Of a DNA stretch of 64,000 nucleotides, positions 12,405-25,170 are shown in pieces. Numbering within the stretch: the first letter of the stretch is position 1; each line of letters opens with the position of its first letter. Both the position numbers and the translations under genes were made by a program. A model generated the notes under the pieces. The model searched no databases. It was given only the letters and a program-made list of their open reading frames with translations, and had not been told where the DNA came from. Source of the DNA: Callorhinchus milii (taxonomy: Eukaryota); the NCBI RefSeq assembly GCF_018977255.1, contig NW_024704743.1, positions 87,794,001 through 87,858,000 on the forward strand. The letters run 5' to 3'.

Positions 12405-12635
12405 ATCACCTAGTCAAAGAAGGGAATTTCTCCCAGGTCCTGGCCAACAATTACCCAAATAAAATTGATCATTCACTTCATGGCAGTTTGTGGTTCATTG
12501 CTGTTTGCAAAATTAACTGCCACATTCCTCCACACAAAGAAAGTCACTGCACTTTACAATGTGTCTTGTGAAGCACTTTGACTCATCCTCCTGATATGAA
12601 AGATGCTATATCAAATATAAAGATTATTATTATTT
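12405..12635 (+). mobile_element. Old Deu-SINE 3' half
   Basis: gggaatttctcccaggtcctggccaac...cattcacttcatggcagtttgtgg... followed by the tail. Confidence 0.7.
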
Positions 12636-15105
12636 ATCACTATTGTTACTTCTTAGGAAACATTTACATTTTAACAGAAAATCCGACAGTCAAAAAAGCT
12701 GGTAAATTTACAAAACTCTGGAGAATAAAATCTACTCATCCACCAAGGTTGATAACATTACAGAGAACCTTGATGTTTTGTATGTTTAAAAGATTAAAAG
12801 TTTTATTCCTATTCTCTTAGGTCCTCCTTTAACAACAGTACTTAACAATGATAGACAAGTTATTTCTCCTGGCCTTTGGCAATGTCATTAGGAGTTGCCT
12901 GAGAACTGTACTGTCTGATTTACTGTCTGATTTGCCCAGCCTGAGTTTGGAGAGATGTCCGGCCTCTGCTCAGGACTTCCCCTGATGGCTTCGCTGAGAT
13001 TGAAAACTCGCTGCCTGGAGACTGACAGGCAAGATCCCATTTCATTAGAGTAAGGACTTAAGGCACCTACACGTTGTGCTCTCAAAATGCTCCCATGTTT
13101 TCCTTTCACATTTGTGAGATTGAGTGCGCTATCAATTGTTGAATGCAGTTTGCATACTGTGAAGACCAGTTATCACTATTGTCACATTGCAATGCTACAT
13201 GTATCCTTCAATACCCTGTAAATAACAACAAACAACAAATTACATTTGGATAACGTCTTTCAGGTTGGGAGGATGTCCCAAGGCCCTGGCCAATAAAACA
13301 GAAACCACGGCTGTAGTCTGTGCTGAAAAAATATCAGTATCGTGGGGAATCTGGAAGGAAAAGGAAAAAATAAAGCTTGTTTTTTCTATAAGTCCTTTGT
13401 AGTCAAAGGATAAGAATGCAACATATGATGTGAACAATCTACTCCTGACCATCAATATCAGCATAATTGGTGGGCTCAAAATGCCCCAAAACCTCCATCA
13501 TTGTTATTGGATTTGTTGCGGGCTACTGGATCGATTTAAGCCAGTATCCTGTATCATAATTTAAATACTGTGTTCCACAGTCAGCAGCTCCAATGGCAGC
13601 CGCTGGAGACTCAGGCCAGCTTTGAGCCTTACCACTGATCTGTAACTGGAGGAAGTTACAATACAATTTATATAATGATGCATGCATTTGATATAGCACC
13701 TCTCAGTTAGGAGGATGTCCCAAAGAACTTGACAGGATATACTGCAAAGTGAAGTGACTATGTATTTGTAGGAGAATACGGCAGCCCAATTTGCACACAG
13801 CAATATGCCACAAATAGCTATGAAACAAATGCACCTTTCACATTGGGAGGACTTTTTAAAGTGCTTGACAAAGTGCTGGGCATCTGAGCTGGGGGTGGAA
13901 GCTGAAGGGAGTGTGCAGGAAAAAGATGACCAAAAGCATGGTCAAATAAACACATCTTCCAACAAGGAGAGGGAGGGAACATTTAAATTGTTTTTAGATG
14001 ATTGACATATAAAATCTCATTTGTGTGGTTCACGTAGTGTACTTGTAGTGCTTCGTGTCATCAGCCAGCAAACTGTAATGAGTTAAACTGTACAAGCTCC
14101 TGAATAAGCCATAAAATCATGGTAATTTTGTTCTTCAACAGAGGAACCATCAAGGAATCAAAAAGCCTGGAGCATATCTTTCTCCAGCACTTCACATTTA
14201 TCAAAGCCCATTCTTTTTGTACGAGTCGAGCAGTGAAGGAATGTCAGAGTGATACATGTGTTTATATCAGTGTATTAACTAAGGTAAAAGCATGAAGTGA
14301 AAATTCAAACCATGACATTGTTTCCTTGCAATTGCTCCCTTTTCAAAAGAAATTACCTAGAAGAGAAAAGCACGTGCTTTCCTCCCATAACTGTTGAGCG
14401 GCTAAAATCTATTAGCTATTTTCAGTTCACGAAAAGTAAAGAAGTCTTACCTTACGGATAACTAACCTCAAGAAGTCAGCTTGCTCTCCTCACTCAGCAT
14501 GCAAGCATGTCCTCTCTACAGTGCAGGAATTATTATATGTAAACCCCATGAATTCAGACTAACGATACTGCCAGATAATGAATTGGAGGTTATATTATGT
14601 TGAATGTTTAGACAGCAATCAGGAATGTCTTTATTTTTGCACACTTCACATATGGCCTTTGAAGATCAATTCTGATCAGCAATTGGAAAACTTGGCAACA
14701 TATGTTCCCGAAATATTGCAAAATAATCCTTACAATTAAGAATCGTGTTCTCCACTTCCCTGATAAAGAAAAAGCAAGAAGATGTCAACTGAATAGAATA
14801 TCACTCAGGCAGTTAAGGCACCAGCAGAATTTCATTTAGGAGTTTAATCTGTTCAACTCATGTATTAAGAGATCAGTCACTTAATATTTTCCATACCACA
14901 CTGTGGCCCAAGGGAGCGTCTCTGTACGTTTAATTGCTATTTATAACCAGCCTGAATTGTTCAAATTGCTTTTATTTCGAAAGTGAGAGCATTCATTTAA
15001 CTGTAGTTGGTTTCTTCAGCCAGTGAAGTGCTTTGGGACATCCTCCCAATGTGTTAGGCCCTATATAAATGTAAAGTTGTTGTTGAGGTGTAATGCAAAT
15101 GGTAT

Positions 15106-15290
15106 TTGGTCATTTTCAATCTACGACTGTTTGTGGGACATTGCTGTGCGCAATTGGCTGCCGCGTTCGCCCACAAATATACAGTCAATTCACTTTACAG
15201 TGTGTTCTGTGAAGCGCTTTGGGACGTCCTCTTGACGTGAAAAGCGCTATATCAAATGCAAGGATTATTATTATTATTATTATTATTATT
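15106..15290 (+). mobile_element. 5'-truncated young SINE
   Basis: Near-identical to the 3' 185 bp of the full-length copies, with a long (att)n tail. Confidence 0.9.
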
Positions 15291-15419
15291 TCTACTAGAA
15301 ATGCATAGCAGGTTGATAAGCATACAAAAGATTTTTTTTACCATTTTGCGTGTGAACCTTAAACAAACCTAATGGGGTGAAGTTTGCAGTGTTCCTGAAG
15401 GAACGCTTGTGTAAACTAT

Positions 15420-15438
15420 TGCCCACCAGGTGGCACTG
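15420..15438 (+). promoter_or_regulatory. CTCF-binding-site motif
   Basis: tgcCCACCAGGTGGCACtg matches the CTCF core CCASYAGRKGGCRS. Confidence 0.55.
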
Positions 15439-15480
15439 CACTCCTCCAAGTAAGTGGTTTCTTCCTTTTCAGCTTTCAGT

Positions 15481-15492
15481 GGCCGCCATTTT
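15481..15492 (-). promoter_or_regulatory. YY1-type motif
   Basis: ggccgccatttt, i.e. AAAATGGCGGCC on the minus strand. Confidence 0.45.
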
Positions 15493-15591
15493 TTTGAATA
15501 TCAGGTGAGCGATTTTTGTTTTTCTAAATTTTAGGCCCTAGAGGTTTTTTTTGTTGAGTATGTATTTTCCAGCATTGATTAACGAAGCAAC

Positions 15592-15778
15592 CCTGTAGCT
15601 TAGTGGTAAGAGCACTCACCTTGCAAGTTTGGTCACTCAATCCACGACTGTTTGTGCACAATTGGCTGCCGCATTTCGCCCACAAAATATACAGTCAATT
15701 CACTTTACAGTATATCTGATTTGCTACATGTTGAAGACATGATAAGGCACCATATCAAATGCGAGGATTATTATTATT
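15592..15778 (+). mobile_element. Internally deleted tRNA-SINE
   Basis: cctgtagcttagtggtaagagcactc head joined directly to the Deu and tail segment. Confidence 0.75.
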
Positions 15779-15942
15779 AAAACCTTGCTCTACTTAGCCA
15801 AAAATTAACAGATAACCCATATCTGGGCTCATCCTAATACCTTCTGGGTAAGGGTATCAGGAGTTCTCAACACATGTCTGTTCAGTGCCAGATATCCTGA
15901 CTTGACTCAATATAGGGGGGTGCTATCCTACACAACCTGTTA

Positions 15943-16230
15943 ACAATAACTAATAAAAATTGCATTTTTTAGCGCCTTTCGTGTTGGGAGAACGTCCCAA
16001 GGTGCTGGACAGTGAGCCAGGTGTTGGAATCAAGAGGGGTGGGGAGCAAGTGGAATGGAGGTGGGAAGATGACCAAAAGCACGGTCGAAGAGGAAGGTCT
16101 TTAAACGGTCCTTGAAGGAAACATGGGAGGGGTCGAGGAGGAGCAGCTCCAAATTGGAGTTCCAGAGGGTGGAGATAGAAAGGTTGAAGGCCCGACGATG
16201 CTGGAGCAGGTAGGACGGGGCCATGGAACA
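15943..16230 (-). mobile_element. L2 3' end
   Basis: Minus ORF AFNLS..LWN..SFKDRLKTFLFDRAF plus the gcgcctttc...gtcccaag tail. Confidence 0.8.
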
Positions 16231-17494
16231 GGCCAGTTCCTGCCAAGCAGACAGGTTAATAAAGTTTCATATAATCTTACCATCTCTCTAACGTTTAATT
16301 AATGTACCAAGATATGCCACTAGGCTGCTTTATTGGCAGCACTTCTGAACATTTCCCACTCTCTTAGTTCAATGACCAATTACACAGGGAACTACAAGAT
16401 TGGAAAAGGCCGTTATGGTTCACCTGACCGCTTCCATTTTCTAAATGCCATTGCTCTATATTACTTGACTTTCTTTCATTGCTACATCCTTATTCCACAC
16501 AATTAAGTTTGGTTTGGTTGTATCTCAGGGTGTGATCTATTTGGTGTTTTAAAATGGTGCATCTCAGACTGCAGCATAATCACTCATTTTCTAATTCCGT
16601 TTAATTAGTAGGGTATGAAATTTTATAGTCTTTTAGGTTCCCCTAATCACAAGCTATCAGCTTTTCTGAGTGCAGCTTTCTGGGTCATGAATCGTACACA
16701 TGTGCTGAAATGATCTGTTTCACCTCTGCAGGATTAGTTTTGTACTTCATAAGAGGGAGGTGGGGAGGAACATATTTACTAGGAGTATTTGCTCAGAATT
16801 TTAAGCAAGATCCTTAAAACGCCTATCTATTAATGAGGAAGGTGTCTCCCACCTCAGCGTTCTTATGTTTCAGTATGAAGGCCATATATGCTTGTGCCAG
16901 ATTTCGATAAAATTGTTCACACTAAATTACTGTCTTCTGGGAGCACTGTGCATCTGTTTGCAGCTGTTCATTTCATTCCCTTCACAGGAATGTGTGAACA
17001 AGATACAATATTTTATAACCCATTTTAGAGAAGTCTTTCTCAGCACATAAGGGAGACAAGCACCTGTATATTACCAAGACTGACATTTTGCATCTTTTCT
17101 ATGAACCCATACATAGCAGTATAAGATTTGTGTCTCAACTGTGAGGTTTATTTTAACTGGTATCAGTGTTTTGCTGCACTGTGCTTAACTGGACTGATCA
17201 TGATCAAACATATGTACATGTACATTTATTTAAGATTAATTATCTAAGATTGAGAAAAATCAACACCATCTCTACACTTTTTTTGTCAGTGGAACCTAAA
17301 TGCACCTTATTTACAACAAACATCACAAGCACTGGCACTCTAAAAAACACTCTAGTGTAAATTTTCATCATTATAAATATTGTATCAGCTTTCTGTAGCC
17401 TTGGTGAATAAATGCATTGCTTATTATGCTACTGAGCCATACAGACTAGCATCGCCCACTTCTCCTCGCTGGGCTCTGGTGAATAGGTTAAATG

Positions 17495-17720
17495 GATGTA
17501 CCGAAACAGTAAAACAAGAGAATGCAGATTTAGAGATGCTAACGGCCATTCCACAACAGACAGCAGGAAATGTTTCTTTACCCAGAGTGTAATTAAAGAT
17601 CTGTTTAAAAACCAGCTTGAAACTGTCATGGGAGGACAACAGGGTGGGATTCTGGAAGGATGAGATCAAATGAGCTGATGGGTTTTCTTCATCCAAACCT
17701 CTGTTGTGATCTTGTGATCT
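17495..17720 (+). mobile_element. CR1 3' remnant
   Basis: aaaacaagag...ggaaatgtttctttacccagagtgtaatt...cttcatccaaacctctgttgtgatcttgtga, an end shared with 31350-31385 and 59700-59735. Confidence 0.6.
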
Positions 17721-18738
17721 CAGACAAGGTAGCAATAGAGGTGCTACTTTGGCCTCATTAGCCCAGAGATATGGAGTAGTTCATTGACAGCTAATAACTC
17801 CTGCTGGCTGTTGTCTGCTGGGTGCTGATTGAGGACAGATTGTTTATAATGCCGGCTGCACTGACTGTCTATGTTCATACATGAAGAATGACCTCTTAAG
17901 TGGAGAGGGCTGCCAGTCCCTATGAAACCTGTACCTCAGTGAAGTCACTGCCTTAAAATAACTTAGAAAATTAGAAAACAAACCTTTTGCATTTTTTTCT
18001 ACAGGAATACATATAAATACAATTGACAATAAAATCCTGTGAAACACCTCGAGACCTTTCAAAAGGCATTATATCCAAGGACCCTGAAGCAAGGATTATA
18101 ATAAATGGATGCTTTTAAGATGATCCCATTATAAACATGAAATCAAAAGATCACTACTGTTAGTGATTAGAATGAGAGAGAACCCACTTTTTCACACTTA
18201 TTTAATCTTTCTTAATAACAGCATTTTATTTTTCGTTCTGTGCTTTATTGTTCTTCCTATTTTTTCTCACAGCCATGGAAAAGGGTTGGGGTTTTGTCCT
18301 TAATTACTTAGCATCTTAGTATGTTTTACATCTCAGTAAGGTTTATAATATATTGATAAGAAAATCTCTGAAACGTCAAATTTCTATCTTCCTATTATTT
18401 TTAATATTATCTTATTCAATGTCAAAACAGATTGCTTCAGCCATCTACCATTTACAAAAAAAGGATAAAACAACCTTAAAACGTTATTCATCAATATGTT
18501 CTCCCCCCACCTTTTCCAGGTTAAAAGTCAATTGATTGTTTTTCTGAATTGATTTTTGGTTAAATATCGAATAATAGACTAGTTTGAAGAGTCACCTCAG
18601 GTAGTGCTCTTTCTTTCCTCTTGACACTAAATACAATACTCAGATAATGTTCCAGAATAAACTATCCCCATGGTGAGCTTTAATAGAGCAGTTTAAATCT
18701 TCATGACTTTTCTCTCTCTCATCCATGTTCTTCCATGT

Positions 18739-19058
18739 GGAGTCCTGTAGCTCAGTGGTTAGAGCACTCACTTTGCAAGCGAGAGACCTGAGTTCAATTC
18801 CAGGCAGGGCGAAACCTTGGGCAAGTTTCCTTACTCCACACGCCTAATAATAACCCCTCCAAAACCCAAAACAATAATAAATTGGTCATTTTTAATCTAC
18901 GACTGTTTGTTGGACATTGCTGTGCGCAATTGGCTGCCGCGTTCGCCCACAAATATACAGTCAATTCACTTTACAGTGTGTTCTGTGAAGCGCTTTGGGA
19001 TGTCCTCCCGACGTGAAAAGCGCTATATCAGAATGCAAGAATTATTATTATTATTATT
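18739..19058 (+). mobile_element. Full-length young tRNA-derived SINE
   Basis: A box tagctcagtgg, B box gagttcaattcc, TGC anticodon loop, Deu-type 3' body, (att)n tail. Confidence 0.95.
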
Positions 19059-19561
19059 CCTGGTATTCTGGAAGTAAAAGCTACAGACTGAATGCAGACT
19101 GATTGCTGGCTGAAACAAAGAGGAGATGCTATATAGTAATTTAAAGCAGATGCTGTTCTGTAACTGACAACAATGCACAAAAGCCTGTGTTTCTAATCCT
19201 TGGCTCTGTTCCTGTGTTCAATTGTTGTACTTGGCAAGTCTTGTCCAACAAGTAAAACCAAGACTGGGAGGATCATCAACCCTGTTTCAAATGTATTTCA
19301 TCTCTGTAGTTTCTTCACCTCTGCATTGCAGATGTAATATTGCTTTGCAATGTAATATGAAACTGTGATATTAGAAAAATACCTTAATTTATTTGCCAAC
19401 AGAAGTAAAATGTTTGCCTTATGGTTTCAGAAATGAGCTTGTGATTGTGTTAGGGCTGAACACCTTAAGCTGTGGCCAATATAACTCACTTTTCCATCAT
19501 TATTATAAATACTGGACCTTGTTGAAGGATTACTAGTGTATCATCATGCTGATAAGAGTAC

Positions 19562-19702
19562 GTTTTTTCATTAGAAAGTTTCAAGTCCAATTTATTCTAT
19601 GCCTTTCCCAGTGGACTGCAGCAACATCAGGGTGACTTTCTGGACTTAGTGAAAATCCAACATCTGCCTCCAGAGGTATTGCTCTTTCAGCACTCCCTGA
19701 CT
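19562..19702 (+). repeat. Unclassified repeat (family E), copy 1
   Basis: agaaagtttcaagtccaatttattctatgc...catcagggtgacttt...ctccagaggta...tccctgacta; inverted copy at 25642-25777. Confidence 0.75.
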
Positions 19703-20256
19703 AAGAGTAAAACAAGTTCAGTCAAGAGATTGTGAGGTGCTGCCAAGTCCGGGTTTTCAAACACTTTTGGTTGGGGGTGGTGGTGCAGAGTTAATGAAAA
19801 TAATAAATGAATCACGATCCTTGCGTTTGATACAATGTTTTATCATGTAATCAATTGTTAAGTGTAGAAACTGTGGGATCTAAATTAGTTGCTGAACATT
19901 AACTTATGTAAATTGTGACAGCTTGTATAACGTGTGGAGTAAATGGGAAAAAGAGCATTATTTGTACATCCTAAATTCCCACAAAGTTTTTGTGCTTGTT
20001 CGTTGGAAATATGCTTGTCCTGTAAAAAATACTAAAATAATCTTGGTTTTGCATGGATTTAGGGCTGGTTCTCTATACCTCGGAATGTATATTCTTTTCT
20101 CAGCAACAACAAGAATATTGTATACTGCTCTTTGCAAGCCTGTAACCTACACGTTGTGTTGCTTGGGAGTTCAAAAAGTCTTGGAGAAATCTATCTTTGC
20201 TGGAAATAATAACACTCAGTGACAAAAATAATATATTATTTATTTTGTAGCTCAGT

Positions 20257-20567
20257 GGAATCTTGTAGCTCAGTGGTTAGAGCACTCACCTCACAAGCAA
20301 GAGACCTGGGTTCGATTTCCGTCAGGGCAAAACCTTGGGCAAGTTTCCTTACTCCACGTGCCTGATAATAATCCCTCAAAAAAAAAATATAAATTGGTCA
20401 CTTCAATCCACGACTGTTTGTGGGACACTGCTGTGCGCAATTGGCTGCTGCATTTTGCCCACAAATATACAGTCAATTCACTTTACAGTATATTCTGTGA
20501 AGCGCTTTGAGACGTCTAGAAGACATGAAAAGTGCTATACCAAATGCAATGATTTTTATTATTATTA
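20257..20567 (+). mobile_element. Full-length tRNA-SINE, more diverged subfamily, with a duplicated A-box segment upstream
   Basis: ttgtagctcagtgg appears twice in 20245-20276; body and tail as in the consensus. Confidence 0.9.
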
Positions 20568-21000
20568 GGATTGTTATATTATTCAAAAAATTAAAATATT
20601 TACATCCCATTTTATGTGCCTGCAACACTAATATGTAGTGTGTTTCTGCTTCTTAGCTTCCAACCTTCCTTCCATCTGCTCCATATGTGCTGACTACCTT
20701 GAATCACAGTGGTTCCCGAACATGTGTTGGAGGGAAACAGTGCGCAGCTTCTGGAGATGACTTCCCAGTGTATAGGAGGAGGAAGAAGAGACGCAGGTCA
20801 CTGGCCCATCCCCACAATCTGCAATAATCCCAGGAATAGGGGAAGGTTGCATATCAGATCACCCCGTTGATATTTTCCCCCTTTGCTCCCTACCTCACAG
20901 TAAATTTATTTTACAGCATATTCTGTGAAGCACTTTGAAATGTCTCGAAGATGCGATAAGGCACTATATCAAATGTAAGGATTATCATTATTATTGTTAC

Positions 21001-21590
21001 CTCTTCAGTGCTCATTGTGCCTTGTTCTCCTCTATCTTGCCCTGTTTGGTGACTTGCTCTGAGTATTGCTGTGTAGTCATACTGTTTGCTGCAGAGTGCG
21101 ACTACTATGTGGGGGTTAGAGCTTTTGGAACAGTAGGATGTCATCGGCTTCATTCCTCTATATCTCTCTCCATCCCCACTACTCGTCATATGTGATCTTG
21201 TCACCCATGTCATAGCTCTCTTTCTTCTGGGGACAAGACCACTGTCAGCCTCCTCAAACTTGTCAGACATATTGCTGCGTGGTGCTGTCGAGCCCTCGTG
21301 AATAACAGCTAAAGGCTAAGAGATAGAAACGAAAAGCACATTGGTATGTTTCATTAACAATCAATATATAGCTTATTGAAGTAATTTTGCCATCAACAAA
21401 ACAGATCCATTACCATCCAAATGATAATCGTAATACCATTATCATCAGCTCTTGGTAAGTCACACTTGTGGTGACCTTTGAGGACAACCAGGGGAGCTGT
21501 TACCTCATCCGTCACCATCATCTCCTGTACTACCAGAGGCTTTCCACCTCCAGCCCTCTGTTGGCTCTCATTGTGCCAGATCTTCCTCAG
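21001..21590 (-). pseudogene. Possible decayed Harbinger-associated Myb/SANT-like gene remnant, including a 315-nt exon-like segment
   Basis: KIWHNESQQRAGGGKP..EMMVTDE resembles the K..HN..R..TGGG.P motif that follows Myb/SANT domains. 21001-21315 is stop-free, phase 0-0, and bounded by ttctatctcttag and GAG|gtaac. Confidence 0.25.
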
Positions 21591-22329
21591 TGAAAAAAAC
21601 ATGCACAACCATTTATTTCTCCAGTATGCTGACCCCATAGCTGAGAACACATAGAACATTTGGGAATATTAAAATGGATGTCCTAACTTTCATCAGGTTC
21701 TTATTTCTCTTACACTAGCCTTCAGCACTTACATGCCATTCGCATCCTCCAGCATGTGTTCTTGCATCAACAGGCATAATTCCTCAATGCATGACACCCA
21801 TCCCTCCTTTGTGCCAGGCAAGGTTGCCAGTGTTTTAACCGTTCTATGACTCAGTACACATCAAGCGAGGGCTAGTTCACATCTAGAGTTCAAGCATTCC
21901 CTCCTGGGCTCTCTTCCATTTCCTGTTGAAAGTGAAATTTGAATTCACCCTCCACACCTAAACAACTCCATGTTTGCTGAACGTCATACTTTCAACTTGC
22001 AACAGGTAAATACTTGAATAGCCCAATTTTCATACATTAACATTTGTCCACAAAACATTTTATAGAACCATCGTCCAGACCCCTTTACTCAAGGACAGTT
22101 TAGCTGGAGTATTAATAATGGATTGTGCATTTGCAAGTGAATGCTGCAGCCAATTTGCACGCAGAAACGTCCCATAAACAGCCAGGAGGTAAATCATCAA
22201 TTTATCTCGAGTACTATTGGCCAGGACAAGTAAATCAAGGTATAATCCAAGAATAGTGAGTTAGCCATTGCACTGCTAGAGGAGGAAACATTGTATGGAC
22301 TGACAGCAAGAAACTGAAGGGAGTTTATT

Positions 22330-22860
22330 AAGGTAGAGTGAAACCATTAGTAAACATGGGCAGGGATGGATGATAAATGGGGATGGTCATTGATGTGGAG
22401 CAGAAACAAAGGAAGAGAAAGAAATTGGAGCCCTGGGGAAATCATGACTTGATCAAGAAAAGGTCAGAGGACGAACCCATCAATTGTAGGACAGATAGAG
22501 TGACCAGGTAGGAACCACGGTTGCTGCGAATATAGTTTAGGTGGGTGATCATAAAATGGTAACTCACTGCAAACTGCATTGTGCCAGATCCTATCAAATA
22601 CTTTGCAAGTATTCAAGGTGGTGACAAATGCATCATCCAAAGTATCAACAAGTGATATCCAGAGATACCTGTCAAGCAAAAAGATCACAAGAGAGCAACC
22701 ATGAGGAAAACCATCTGGACAATTATGAATTAGTCTAGGAGTTCCAAGATCATGGATGATTTGTGAGTTAACAACAATATTTTTAATAATGTTCATATAC
22801 AAGGGCACAGGACAAATCTTTGAAGGGAAGAGGGATCACTTTTCTTTAGAATGGGATCAG
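22330..22860 (-). mobile_element. Ancient non-LTR retrotransposon RT remnant (CR1/Jockey group)
   Basis: TLNTCKVFDRIWH..LPFY (similar to LDISKAFDRVWH..LPSY), followed by PQGS and LHIND in shifted frames. Confidence 0.6.
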
Positions 22861-23957
22861 ATGATTACAAAAGAGGTGTAGGTGTAAAAAAGCTTGTTGA
22901 CCCATTTAGAAATTTGCGGCACAGAAGACAATTCAACCCATTTAATCTCATCCTTCCAGAATACCCACTCTAACTATCCTCCCATCACAGAACCATTTTT
23001 ATTCAAATGAGTCTAATATCCTGAGTTTAATGTTCTTGTGCCTGGTCTTGTGCAGTTGATTAGGTTGCTCTGCTTTTTTGGACCATTACTGCCTTTAGGA
23101 TGGGTGCTTTTTCAACTTTCTCTTGTACAAATATAAAATTTCTACTTAAAGTGGCAAATGTCTAACATTTAACCAAGTTACATAGTTAAGCACTTAATCC
23201 CAAAGACCTTCAATTTCAGATCAATCAACTTTATTGATCAACAGTTAATGTCCATGCAAACCTGATAAACAAACATTCCAAAGTTCTTGCAAAACAGTAT
23301 TACTTTCCCATTTATATGGAGCTGCAGTCATTGCTTATTCACCATCTGGCTTGTAGAAGGAAATGACATTAGTAATATGTCAATTTTGAAAAAGCATAAT
23401 CCTGATCTTCAGCATGAGAGGTATTAAGTGAAACATCTGTCTTACTGAAATGAATGATGTGACTTGAAGATATCTTGCTGTTGGGATTTCTTAAATATAT
23501 ATATGGCTTGCTGACATCTTACAGTTTTGAGTGGTGGGAAATATCTGACAATAAATGCCTTTAGAAATCCCATTTAGTTAAGTCGGCTCCAAATGCAACT
23601 GTCTGCTCTATACAGCTGAAGAAGATGTAGGCGATGGAGCCATATTTAAATACTGAGTGAAAGGTTATTTAGGCAGCACAAACTTTGGAGAATCTGGAAA
23701 GCAAGGTGAAACACCTGGAATCAACATGTCTTTTCAAATCTATTTCCAGAAAGATTCATTCCTTCATAGAAAAGAAAATATTTTCCTATGAAAAAAGATA
23801 GCATTAAATCCAGTTACTTTGGAAGTTACAGTGAGAAAATCTCTCTATTGGGAAATAATTGGATTAAATGTATCATTAAAGGAATATACCCATCAGCAAT
23901 GTCTCTTCTAACTAAACCTGATGGTTCAGTTAGTACACTCCCCATTTTTAAAAACAT

Positions 23958-24149
23958 AATTTGGTCACTCAATCCACGACTGTTTGTGGGACACTGCTGT
24001 ACACAATTGGCTGCTGCATTTCACCCACAAAATACACAATCAATTCACTTTACAATATATTCTGTGAAGCACTTTGAGACATCTCAACGACATGATAAGG
24101 TCCTATATCAAATAATAACAATAATAATAATGCAAAGATTATTACTATT
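23958..24149 (+). mobile_element. 5'-truncated SINE
   Basis: ttggtcactcaatccacgactgtttgtgggacac... followed by the tail. Confidence 0.8.
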
Positions 24150-24844
24150 ATTTGAGTGTGGGTTTACTTAGAGCATGGATCTATTTGGAGCAGTGCTATG
24201 TCAGAGCACTGATCAGGCTCCTGGCACTGACGAGCCGGCTTCCCACGCTAAAAGTCGACTTCCAGGTCATCAAGGCAACGCTGATAGTCATTTCCTGTAT
24301 TGCACACATGCGCTATGATTAGGATGTGATGTGAATGTCCCTTCTTGCTGGCTGTGCATGTGCGTTGTGTCCAGGAAGTGACACTAGGGCTGATCCAACA
24401 ACCCAGACTTCGGCCATTTTTCCGCACTTTGTTATAACATGAAATCATTGAACCCAGGCAATTACCTTATAACAGCATTGCCTGTACATTGAAGTAGCAT
24501 AATTTTAGTTAAAATAGGATATTTGCGTATCTATGAAAAGAAAAGTCAAAATGATAAACAAAATTAAAGAACATACCAATAATTAAAGAAACCCAAACAT
24601 TATGCTCATCTATGGATCCGATATACATTAATTCCTAAAAGCTGCGCATCTTTAGAATTTGGTAAGAGGGAGCATGTAATGGTTCTTATTGAGTGTTTAC
24701 AAATATTCAGCCCATGTTAACAATAATGGACCAGGTTGAAAATGTTTTTGAAAAAGTCTTGCAAAGTTGTCTTGAAAATGTGGATCCAGCTTATTAAGTG
24801 CTTCTTTGGAGGCCTCTTTCATGGATACTTGCACTGAAATCTAA

Positions 24845-25170
24845 AACAACAACAAAAACAACAACAAGATTACATTTGTTTAGCGCCTTTCACGTCGGGA
24901 GGACGTCCCAAGGTGCTGGACGGTGTACAGCATTTCAGACCCGAGCTGGGGTCGGGTGGGGAGAAGGGGACGTCTCCCAACGTGAAAAGCGCTATATCAA
25001 ATGCAAGGATTATTATTATTAAGGGAGGGGAGGGAAGGGGGGTGACCAATGGCATAGTCGAAGAGGAGGGTTTTGAGGCGGGACATGAAGGAGGCTAAGC
25101 GGAAGTCTCAAAGCGCTTCACAGAATAGACTGTAAAGAGAATTGACTGTATATTTTGTGGGCGAAGTGGG
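24845..25170 (-). mobile_element. Cluster: minus L2 3' end with a nested plus-strand SINE tail (24967-25021) and a minus SINE fragment
   Basis: (caa)n plus gcgcctttcacgtcgggaggacgtcccaag; inner aaaagcgctatatcaaatgcaagg(att)n. Confidence 0.75.

Noticed and set aside
12888..13109. Minus-strand 73-aa ORF as a terminal exon
   Set aside because: Poor acceptor, no homology, and it includes a small tandem duplication (tactgtctgatt x2).
18739..18812. tRNA-Ala(UGC) gene (also at 40250 and 51762, and 4535-4607 on minus)
   Set aside because: The acceptor stem is imperfect and the head always continues into a SINE body and tail, so these are SINE heads.
20657..20827. Plus-strand frame with an NLS-like RRRKKRRR after an acceptor-like site
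   Set aside because: Short, purine-rich and low in complexity; ends in a stop with no other support.
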